The position numbers and the translations under genes were made by a program. A DNA stretch of 64,000 nucleotides from Azolla caroliniana (taxonomy: Eukaryota; Plantae; Polypodiophyta): the NCBI GenBank assembly GCA_043228905.1, contig JBHGNT010000018.1, positions 11,656,001 through 11,720,000 on the forward strand, read 5' to 3'. Positions 23,572-34,283 of the stretch are shown here, piece by piece. Numbering within the stretch: the first letter of the stretch is position 1; every line of letters begins with the position of its first letter. The notes under the pieces are model-generated. The model saw nothing but the letters and a program-made list of their open reading frames with translations. It had not been told where the DNA came from and did not search any database.

Positions 23572-23599
<28 letters not shown>
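21523..23599 (+). mobile_element. Ty1/Copia element B2 remnant (RT C-half, RNase H, extension, partial 3' LTR from 23167)
   Basis: LLYVDD near 21625, HAQIKHIELHYHFVCE, PPT-like TTGAGGGGAAG, LTR start TGTTGAGCGAGCAAGCTCAAC. The LTR is cut at a (CT)n run by the next element. Confidence 0.85.
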
Positions 23600-23603
<4 letters not shown>

Positions 23604-23780
23604 ATTCCTGGGCTAGACAAGCCACTAACACAAGGTGTCCTTCCAGAACACTTCACCAAAGGGGTGGTACAGTAAGGGATGGAAGGACCGTAACACAGAA
23701 CCGTCCCTCTCCGGTTGTTATCCGGATCAATTAGTTACATGCGTAGAATAAACATTATTAAGCACAGAACGGAAATAACA

Positions 23781-23870
23781 TGTAAAAGAATACGTGTGCG
23801 AAAGCGTATGTGACACACACAGTACACAGTTCGGAGACCGATAGTTTGGTAAAACACAGAAATGGAGATG

Positions 23871-23952
<82 letters not shown>

Positions 23953-26900
23953 ATACAACTCAGTTCTATTTCAAAATAATGACACTCTGTACATATTTCA
24001 TGCTCAATGAGAACATTTTATACAAGCCCTGAATATCGGGCTGACACAAGTACTGACAATACTTGACTGCTCATAAATGAGCCTACTACACTAACTCCCA
24101 AAATTATTCCTTACGAGGAATACCATGCTAACAGCCTTTCGGTTTACGCACCGATACGACCACGTTATGTGTACTATTTTACACACCCAGTCTACGCACT
24201 GGGTTACGCACTCAATGTTGAGCTTGTCACTCAACACTCCCCCTCAAGCTCAACTTCAAGTTCCACATGCTCCTCCGGATCTTCACTCCGGCTTTTCCTG
24301 GCTTCATGCCTTGCTCATGTTCCTAAACCTGTTTGATTCCGCGCTCCTCGACCATTCTGGTCGGCTAGTCTGCTCATTTGGCCCTTCTCAGCTCCCTTGT
24401 TGTTCCAGTGTTGGCGACTCTTCCGCTGCCCTTTCCTCCGCTTGGCCCTAAGTCGATTCGTAATATCTGAATCGAACATGTCTATGGAATCGGTCTCTTT
24501 TGATTCAATTCCAGTTACATCTGAATTGGTTGTCTCCAATTTGTCTTCAGTCTTTAGGCCTTTGACAATGTCAGACCACGTCTTGGTCTTGGCCTTACCT
24601 CCCCCTGATTCGGTTGTCCTCGGCTCTTCCCTACGATTATGGCCCTTGCTCTCTTCATCGGCTTCTTCAGCCAGCCCGAAATCGAATTCTTCATTCGACT
24701 CCGCATCACGACCACTTCCGCCGCGATGATCACCTCCACTCCTTTCACTCTCTTGTTCCTGTCTCCCCCTCAAGTTCGGTGTCTCGAGGTGACGCAACCC
24801 AAGCTCACCCGAGAAATGCTACAACTTGTCGAGAGCAAGAGGCTTGGTGAAAATGTTGGTAACTTGTTGATCCGTCGGAACATATGCTAGTTCGACTTCA
24901 CTTGAAAGGACCCGCTCACGGACAAAATGGTAGTGCACCTCAATGTGCTTAGTCCGGGCGTGGAGTACGGGGATTTTCGCAAGGTGGATACTGTTGAGGT
25001 TGTCGCAATAGATCGTCGTGGGATTAGACACCTCCACATGCAGATCCCGTAACAGTCGTTTCAGCCAAATGACTTCGCACGTAGCAACAGTCGCCCCTCG
25101 ATATTCGGCCTCCGTGCTCGACAGTGCTATTGTCGGCTGCTTCTTACTACTCCACGCAATCGCCACACTTCCTAATGAGAAGGCGTATTCGGATGTGGAT
25201 CTACGATAACTAGCGTTTCCAGCCCAATCGGCATCTGTGTAGCCAACCATCTGTTCGGCTACGCCTGCCCGATACAACAACGCCATGTCTTTCGTGCCGC
25301 TGACATATCACAATACCCTTTGCGTGCACTAAAAGTGTTCGGTTGTAGGTTGTGACATAAACTGACTGATTAGTCCAACCGGGTAGTTGAGGTCCGGCCT
25401 GGTGATCGTCAAATATATTAGGCTTCCGACAATTTGTCGAAACCGTGTCGGGTCGCATGCCTTTCCCGAATCTCAGCGAAGCTTTGTGTTTCTATCCAGA
25501 GGGGTCGAGATGGGATTACAGTTGGCCATCCCGAATGTGAAGAGCATATTCAGCGCGTAATGACGCTGGCTGATCAATATGCCTTCGAGGACGCAGATCA
25601 CTTCGATCTCGAGGAAGTAATGAAGGTCTCCAAGATCCTTCATTTCGAATGATGTCGCAAGTTGAGACTTTACACGGCGGATTTCGTCCAGGTTGGCACC
25701 GGCGATGACTAAATCATCAACATACAGTAGAAGATCACCAACCCCTTGCAGGAACACGTTCCTGCAAGATCACCTTGTAGGAACGCATTCTTTACATCCA
25801 TTTGATGTAAGTGCCACCCCTTCGCTACCGTGATGGCTAGCAAAACTCACACGGTAGTCATCTTCGCAACCGGCGCAAAGGTCTCGTCGTAATCTACGTC
25901 GTGCTTCTACGCGTAGCCTTTTGGAACCAAACGGGCCTTATAGTGGTTGACAGAGCTGTCGGTGTTGTATTTGACCTTGTACACCCATCTGCATCCAATT
26001 GGCTTTACATCCTTCAGTGCGTCAACCAGGTCCCAAGTCTCATTATCAGTCAAAGTGCGCATCTCTTCCTTCATCGTGGCACGCCAGCTCACGTCTTTCG
26101 CCACTTCTGCGTAGCTCTCCGGCTCACACACTTCCACCACTCACGTCATGTACGTGTAATGGTGCGCCATGTAGTCATTGTACCCGTATAGATCGGCGTA
26201 ATTCGTGATTACCCGATTTCATGGCCTTTTCAGCCGATTTCGAGCTCTTCTGTGGAGGTTCCTTCTCAAGTGGCTTGAAGTCAAATACGCTCCGATCTGA
26301 TTCAGCACTATCGAAGTCGTACTCTGACATCTTTTTCTTCCCCTTCTCCTTGCGTGTAAACCTTCTCCTCGGTTCTTTACGCGGGAACATCACGGTTGAG
26401 TCTTCACTACTCACCGTCTCTTCAATAGGTTGGCCATCTCGGTCCAACCCCTCATTCGGCCCACTCAGCCGAAATGAGATCAGACTCTCTCAGAGCTCCG
26501 ATGTCCTCATCATGCGGAGGCATCTTAGCCTCGCTGACTTCTTCTTCAGAATTTAGCATGGAGTCATGAGGTACTGGAGGGGAAGCCATGTACCACGAAG
26601 CGGACTCGTCGAACACGACATCTCGACTTACGCGCACTTCCTTTGTTCGGGGGTGATAACACTTATACCCCTTCTGCTCATTTGGATAGCCGACTAAGAT
26701 GCACTTTTTGGCCTTGGCATCCAGCTTCCTCCTCTTTTCCTTCGGCACATGCATATATGCAATGCTACCGAAAATCCTCAAGTGTGCCAAGTTCGGCTTC
26801 TTCCCAAAATACAATTCATGTGGCGACACTCCTCCATTTGCAGAAGTCCGATTCTGCAGGTAGACAACCATCCTCACGGCTTCAACCCAATAGAATTTTG

Positions 26901-29314
26901 GCTTATGCTTCTCTTCAAGCATTGCCTTGGCCACTTCTTCGATTGTCCGATTCCTCCACTCGGCCACACCATTCTGTTGCGGCATGTATCTACACGAGAA
27001 TTTGCGTCGAATTCCCTGCTTCTGTAGATAACTTGTCAACTGGTCAGAGAAGTACTCCTTCTCACCATCGAACCGTAGGCATTTGATCTTACGCCCTGTT
27101 TCCCTTTCCGCAAGGCTCTTCACCTTCAGGAAACATGTGAAGACTTCACTCTTCTTCACGATCGTGCATACCCACGTGTGTCGAGTGAAGTCATCGATGA
27201 AGGTTACAAAGTAACTGCTTCCACACATCCAAATAGATCAAATCCAGCGGATTTTGACTACGATTACGCTCGTTGGGGAATGGAAGTTGGTGTTGTTTTC
27301 CCATCTGGTAGGCTTTGCAGACTTGGCCATTCCGGGCTCGAAATTTCAGCTAGCCGAACACAATGTTCTTCGTCTGCATTTCACGAACCCGCAGGAAGTT
27401 AATATGGCTGAACTGCTTATGCCACAGGTCGATGTCCGACTCGACCTTCTGCCCTTTCGCAAACATAGCGGTGCCCACATTTTTTATTTCAAGGATAAAC
27501 ATCCTCCCTTCATGGCGCCCCTGCGCGATTATCTTGCCTTCCTCTTCTATGAAGCAGCCTTGATGCGTGAATCAAACCTGCATCCCTTGGTCGACGATCT
27601 ATTCGACAGACACTAGGTTCTTCGTTATTGTCGGGATGTGCAACACGTTCATGAGCTTCCCTTTCTGCCCGACGTGGTTGAGGGGAACTTCACCGACATG
27701 TTCGATGGTATGCGAAGTGTCGTCTCCGGTTTCGACCACTCCTTGCTTTTCCGGCTTCTCCAAGTACGAGAACCATTCCTCATGACTCGTCATGTGATTT
27801 GACGCTCCGGAATCAACATACTACACCTCCCTCGATTTCGAGGTGTTCACGGCCATCAAATTGGCCTTGTGCTTCATGAAGGCGGGGCCCAATCCATTTC
27901 CGGCTCATTCGGAGCCATCAGTGTAGTGCGACTTTTGACACCTTCTTGCGTCTCTCCCGCTTGGTTCAGCTTTGTCCAAATCGGCTTGTTTCTTCCAACA
28001 CTCGCTCTCCCTATGGCCTTTCTTTCCAGAGTAATAACATTCCGTTGTGGCCTTCTCTTGCTGGCTTCCGGTGAGGGTTCGGAATTGCTTCCGGCATTTC
28101 GATTATGCCGTCCATTTTGCTCTTTTCAGCCGCCTCCATTACGCACCGATCTGCCTCGTCCACCACGACTACGGGGCCTATCTTCCTCTGTGTATAGCAT
28201 CTTGCCATCGGCGTGCGTACTCATTGACGCACCCGCATGGTTTTCCTCCACAAGACTGAAGCTCAAAGAACATAGGCGTATTCTCCCTCGTACAGACCAC
28301 CGTTTCGAACGCTCCGAACTTTGACGCTAACCCACCAAGACAAACCTACACCAACTCATCTTCCTCGATGTTCACGTTGACGGAGGCGAGAGAGTCGCAG
28401 ATTTCTTTGATCTTGGAGGTGTAATCAACCAGTGACATTCTCGTTGTCGAACATTGCTCAACTCATGCTTGAGTTGAAGCTTCCTGGTTGTGGTGCTAGC
28501 AGCGAAAATCTTCTTGAGATTCGCCCATGCGTCCTTTGGTGTCTTGGCATCCTGAATATGGCTCAATAGTTGGTCGCTCACACAGGACGCAAAGTAGTAG
28601 AGAACTCTGCTTACCGCCTGTTCCCAAGACGAAAAATCCCTGTGTGTCGATTCGAGTGCTGTATCATTATCTCCTTCGACATAACTCCAATAGCCATGAC
28701 CAAGCAGCTACTGGTGCATCTTGTACGACCAAGATGCGTAGTTGCTCTTGTCGAGCTTCTCAGTCGGTAGCGAGCTTCCCATTACTTTGTCCATGTTGTT
28801 GTCTTATCTTTTAAGAAAAACCAAGAAAACTCAACTATGTCTCTGTCGCAAGCTTTTTTGTTGGCTGCAGAGGACTTCAACCCTCGCGCTCTGATACCAT
28901 GTAAAGGAATACGTGTGCGGAAGCTTATGCGAAACATAGAGTACACAATTCGGAGATTGACAGTTTGGTAAAACACAGAAAACACAGAAATGGAGATGGA
29001 GAGACAAAGAGAGAGAGTAGAAAACTTAGTTCTATTTCAAAATAATAACACTTTGTACATATTTCGTGCTCAGTGAGCACCTTTTATACAATCCCTGACT
29101 ATTGGGCTGACACAAGTACTGATAGTACTTGACTACTAATAAATGAGCCTACTACACTAACTCCAAAAATTATTCCTTACGAGGAATACCATACTAACGG
29201 CCTTTCGGTTTACGCACCGATACGACCACTTTATGCGTACTGTTTTACGCACCCAGTCTATGCACTGGGTTACGCACCGTGTTACACACCCAATGCTGAG
29301 CTTGTCACTCAACA
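23781..29314 (-). mobile_element. Ty1/Copia element D (B family), full length, degenerate, with an internal RT deletion
   Basis: LTRs 23781-24236 and 28900-29314, TSD TAACA/TAATA, PBS TGGTATCAGAGC 28888-28899, PPT 24237-24247, gag start 28795, IN 26452-27228, RT/RH 24819-26140. Confidence 0.93.
23879..23951. repeat. (GA)n microsatellite, about 36 units, in the 3' LTR of Copia D
   Basis: Pure GA run; the equivalent run in the 5' LTR (about 29008-29018) is only about 5 units. Confidence 0.97.
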
Positions 29315-29630
29315 TAATAGGAGAGACAAGATATGAAAATAACAACACTTCTCTATTCATTCTCCGTCCCTCGTTACATCATATCCGGCTCCTTTTATAG
29401 GTACCCGGATGTGTTACAAACCAGGGCCAACCAGCCACCGACTACGAACTGGTCCAGGTACGGATCGGCATACCGATTCCAGGTCCGTCCGTTCAATCTT
29501 ATAATTCTAATAATTAATTCTTATTACAACTCCCCTCCCCTTTATCCTAAAGCTGGCTCCCCTTTCACACTTTGGCCTAACCGGCCAACACATGGCACGC
29601 CCATGGAACAATACCTTGTACGTCGAACTC

Positions 29631-30512
29631 ATGGTTAGCACTTTCACTCATCTTCTAGGATATCTAGAATACTCTGGTCCAGGGGTTCCAACAGTTCATC
29701 GGGTAGCTGCTCCATCTGCTTCTACTATCGTTGCTCCAATCACTGTTGTTGCTATAGTTGTGGTTGTTGCTCTCCGGCCTGATCCTCCTCCCCGACTTCA
29801 TACGCTCCCGGCTCTCTGGATCTTGGCCCCTACGGCTCTGGCTCCTCCGTCCTTGGCTTTTCCTGTTGCTCCCGTTCTTCTTCTGTTGCCTACTTTCGGC
29901 TGCTCCACTTGGGCTTTGTCTGGCTGGCCTCCTCCACTTCCGGCTACATTCGGTGGCTGCTCCGGAGATTGCTCTCCGTCACTGATGTTGATTGTTGCCG
30001 TCATTTGCGATGCCACCTGCTATCTACGCTCCCGCATGTATCGCTCAAATTGGAGTTGAGTGGCAAGCAGGGTCCCACGGTTAGCCCCTTCACTCATCTT
30101 CCAGGATATCCAGAATACTTTGGTCTAGGGGTTCCAATGGTTCATCGGGTAGTTGCTCCATCTACTTCTGCTGTTGTTGCTCTAATCGCTGTTGTTGCTG
30201 TAGTTGTGGCTACTGCTCTCCGGCCTGATCCTCCTCCCTGGCTTCATAAGCTCCCGACTCTTTGGATCTTGGCCCCTCTAGCTCTAGCTCCTCCGTCCTT
30301 GGCTTTTCCTGTTGCTCTCGTTCTGCTTCTGCTGCCTACATCCAGTTGCTCCACTTGGGCTTCGTTTGGCTCGCCTCCTCCGCTTTCGGCTACATTCTGT
30401 GGCTGCTCTGGAGATTGCTCTCCATCACTGATGTTGATTGCCGCCGTCATTTGCGATGCCACCTGTTGTCTACGCTCCCGCATATATCACTCAAATTGGA
30501 GTTGAGTGGCAA
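29631..30512 (-). repeat. 447-bp tandem duplication of the C-terminal end of the G1 extra ORF
   Basis: 29631-30066 aligns to 30078-30512; peptides 29798-30016 and 30244-30483 are near-identical. Confidence 0.9.
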
Positions 30513-31317
30513 ACTGGTCATCATCCAACTGTTCTACCAACTGTCTCACAACCACCAATTGTTCCCCTGCCAGGGACAAAAAATCGTTCGACAACTCCTC
30601 CCTGATGGTTACAATGCTCTCCGCATCCATCTTGTAGATGTTGTCACCATCCTTTCTTTGGTTCTTAACATCCGCTTGCAGTGTTTGTAATTCTGCCGTC
30701 TGTTGTGCCCATTTTGACCACCATTGCACTGAGCTTTCACCAATCATTCTCTTTGTCCTTTCTTTCCATGCTAGCACAATGGCACGGATCCGGCTGAGCC
30801 CCATCTTGGATTTGTACTCCACAACCTGCTTTTCCTCCTTTAACTTCTTTATTAGGCCCGCGGTTGCCTGTGCTTGCACCCCATATTCCATCAATTGGGT
30901 CTGATACGTTGTTTGAACCCTATTCAAAGCCAATTTTGCATGTTCCATCTCATCATAGTGTTGTCCGGTGAGCACCATCCTTTCTCTTGTCGCTTCCTCT
31001 ATCCGCTTTGCCGACTCCACCACCTTCGTTCGTTCTTCCGACAACCCCTCCGTTTTCTTATCTTCTCCTATTGCCGGTCACATTCCACCGTCAACTTCTT
31101 GTGCTCTGCTTCCAAGCGTTTGTGATCCCGGAGCAATCTTTCAAAGTCCTCGGTCTTCTGATTTAACCTCCGGTTGATTTGGGTTCTTGCTTGGTTTTCC
31201 CTGTCTTTTTGTTGTCCGAGTTCTTCTTTCAGTCGTTCAATCTCTCCTTCTACCATCCGTCGCAGCTTATCTTTTTCTTGCAGCAGTTTGTCTTTTTCTT
31301 CTTTTAGCTGGTTGTTG
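29631..31317 (-). pseudogene. G1 extra 3' ORF, C-terminal coiled-coil part
   Basis: E/K/Q/R-rich fragments 31068-31256, 30487-31044 and 30244-30483. It continues 48613-49108 across the TGTTG TSD. Confidence 0.7.
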
Positions 31318-31818
31318 TGTTATCGATTAGGAACACGGTCTACAGTCAGTCCTTCGACCTAGACCTCAAAGTGACTGCGTTGCAACGAATGGTACCGTCG
31401 TACCGTAATACCTAATGGGATACCTCCCATATCCTAGTACCGTATAAGGGAGACGGCTACAACTGAACTCCTTAGACTGTGCACTAGTAACCACACTGTC
31501 ACTCATGCCTACGCTCTTACGATTATGCTACGCCACCAAGAATCATAGACACATAGTAGATTAACCACAGATATGCACAAGGATCAGAGAAGATAGAACT
31601 CTATTAAGATACGCTTTCTGCATTCAAAATTACACGCTACCTCTATCAGAGGATTTCTACCCTTAATATACACAGGGTCTTTTAGCAGTTCACGCTTCCC
31701 GCGTGAACCGTTTACATGTGTTACGTTTTTACTGCGCTCCTGTCCGTTGGTTACTATTCCAGCGGACAACACCTGGCACACCTGTGGCACAGTGCCATGG
31801 CACATCAGACCCACCCCT

Positions 31819-33420
31819 TTAATCTTCCTCCAAAATGGCCCTGATGTTTGGTTCTACTCCGGTGTCCGGGTTCGTGGATAGCGTAATGTCCGTAGATGCG
31901 TCGTTGCGTGGTTCCACTACTTGCTCGGTAGGGCTTCCCATAGTGTTGCTGGCTTCTTGTGTGAGCGGTCCGGGCTCTGCTGGCTCATCTTGTGCTATTG
32001 TGGTTGGTTCAGCCGTCGGCGGGCTCGCGGTAGGTCGAGGTTCTGTCTCATCCGTAACTTCCTCCGTGGTGTCGGCCATAGTCGTACGCTCCGGTGAATG
32101 GGGCTGGGGTTCCTCTTGGTTGGCGGTTTCACTTTCTGGTATTGCGGGGGGCTCCGCTTGTCATTCCGTGTTGTCCACCGTAGCGGTTATTTCCGGTGAC
32201 ATGGGCTGAGGTTCCTCTTGTTCGGCAATATCTGGAATTGGTATCGCGATGGATTCGTCGTTTGTTCGCGTGTTGCCGGCTTGCATGATCTGGTGAAACA
32301 GGTCCTCCTGACTTTCGCCAAAATTGTCTAGTAGGTGCGCGAGTTCCTCGGAGTGTTGGTCCGCTATCGTGTGATAGTCCTGCGCTAGATCCTCGCATAC
32401 TGCCGCAATATTTTCCTCATTGAGTTTGTAGAACCTTCGGCCGTCTTTCCTTCAGTTCTCCCAGTCCACCCGGTATGTATACAATTCCGCCGCTTGTGTG
32501 ACCCATGCCATCCAGCCTTTGTCTAGCGCCGCTTTTAATTGAGCCGTAAACCTCCCCCGATTTGTTTGAAGAAGTATGCGAACGTTGTCGGTTATTGCTT
32601 GGCAACGGTTGCGTGCTTCTTCTACGGTTTTCTTGAGGTTTTCGATTTCATGTTTACTAACCGCCATCGCTTCCTCATAAGTGCTCCTCATTCCTGCCAA
32701 TAGCTGAGATTCCTTCAAATGTAATTCTTCCAGCTTTCCCATTTCATTGTTCAGGCGGATTTCGAGTTGATGCCTCCTCTCCTATTCCCCTACCAGCTGC
32801 TCGTCGAACCATGCTTTCTTCTTGTCTAATAACGCTCAGAGTCCCATAATCGCCGCTTCCGATTTTTTTGGCTTCCTCCCATAGTTTGGCGTTTTCTTCT
32901 TTCGTGCCAGTGTGTTGTCCTACCTCCGCTACAAGTTTCTCTTCAAGGGTCTTCACTGCCTTTCGGCTGTTGGCCCGGATGTCCTTTTCTCTATCCGAGG
33001 ACTGGAGAAATTCGGAGTGGAGACGATCAATCTCCGATTCCGCCAGTTGCAAGGCCCGTTTTGCTTTCGAGGCAATGGCGGTCTGGGCTTCAATTTCTTC
33101 TCTCAGGGCCTCGGCGGCTTTGGTTGTTGGTTGAGTTGCTTGCTTCGCCGTAGTCGCGTTACGTTCCAACTTTGCGATGCATGCGTTGGCCTTTTGTAGC
33201 TCAGCTTGGGTCAGTTTAACAGTCCTCCAGACATTTTTATTTTTAATCGCCATATCCTTGGCGCCCATACTGACCTTTGCCAGTTCCCTATGAACTTCGA
33301 CAAGGGCTGCGTTTAATGGGGGTAGTTCCATCCCCATTCGGTGTATACCAGTGTTCCGCTGTCTACCGACTCTGGCTAACTGCTCCTCATCATCGCTTTC
33401 CGCCATTTGTGTTAGCGCGC
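31819..33420 (-). pseudogene. G2 extra 3' ORF, coiled-coil and PEST-like C-terminal part
   Basis: Fragments 32744-33406, 32452-32742 and 31819-32079; continuous with 40725 onward once G3 is removed. Confidence 0.7.
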
Positions 33421-34283
33421 TGTCGTGTTATTACGCAAGTGCGTGTGGAAACGAGGCGGGACCGCGGGGGTCTCGAACCAAAGAGCAAGCGAGGGAGGAG
33501 AAAGAGAGAGAACCGGCTACGCAGGACCGGGGATACACAGGGACACGGCCCTTCAGCACGGAGAACGCGAACGAACACCGACACAGACAGATGCGAATGA
33601 CTAAATATATATATCAAGAATGGCTAACACGACTACAACCCTCGATGGGGCACAGGTTGGTTACAACCGAACAGGCCGGCGAACAGATGCCGATGCCTGT
33701 TCGCTTCAACGCACAAAGGGGTTGCCGGTCGGAGGTGCTGCCGGAAGCACTCGGGCGTTCCTCGAAACAGCGCAAGCCTCCTCGGAACCCTGCACAGAAA
33801 AGCTATGGAGCTCAAGAAGGAAGAAAACAGAGGGCGAAGCGTCCAGAAACGGTCCGACAGCACTTCGTCCTCTCCACGCGAGATCCCCCTGCAATAGCTC
33901 TTTCCTGCTCCTTATATAGGCCGACGAGCAGGCCGTCACGTCAGCTTTATTCCCTGTCCCTTTTTGACAGGGATTCGCTTCGATCTTCACGCATCCTCGT
34001 AGTTACGCCGCCGACTCGTGCCGTCCCTTAGCTCGCGCGCGCGACCGAAGAGACTGTTCGCGCGGTCTTGGTCTCCACTTGTGTCAGGGCCCGTTCCTGC
34101 CGATTATCCTCCTAATTCGCTTCTATGTACAACTTGGAGCTTGCGCGCGTGGAGAACCGGTTCCCACGCCTAGGTGCGCCGATTCCGCCTATGGACGGTT
34201 TTCTTCACGACATCCGCCCCCACCTAACCGCGCATCCTCCGGTATGCGCCAAGAGAGTTGGGACGGAGAAAACCGGCCCGTCT

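Noticed and set aside
23727-24010. Poly-SL and poly-ER ORFs
   Set aside because: Translations of the (GA)n microsatellite.
29529-29543. Canonical PPT for G1 with the LTR edge at 29528
   Set aside because: Possible, but an edge at 29590 gives TGTTA..CAACA termini and a length matching G2, with a junction homologous to X1 and X2. It is not fully excluded.
31819-33406. Host coiled-coil gene or retroviral env
   Set aside because: It lies inside TSD-bounded G2 between IN and the LTR, with no signal peptide or transmembrane segment evident.
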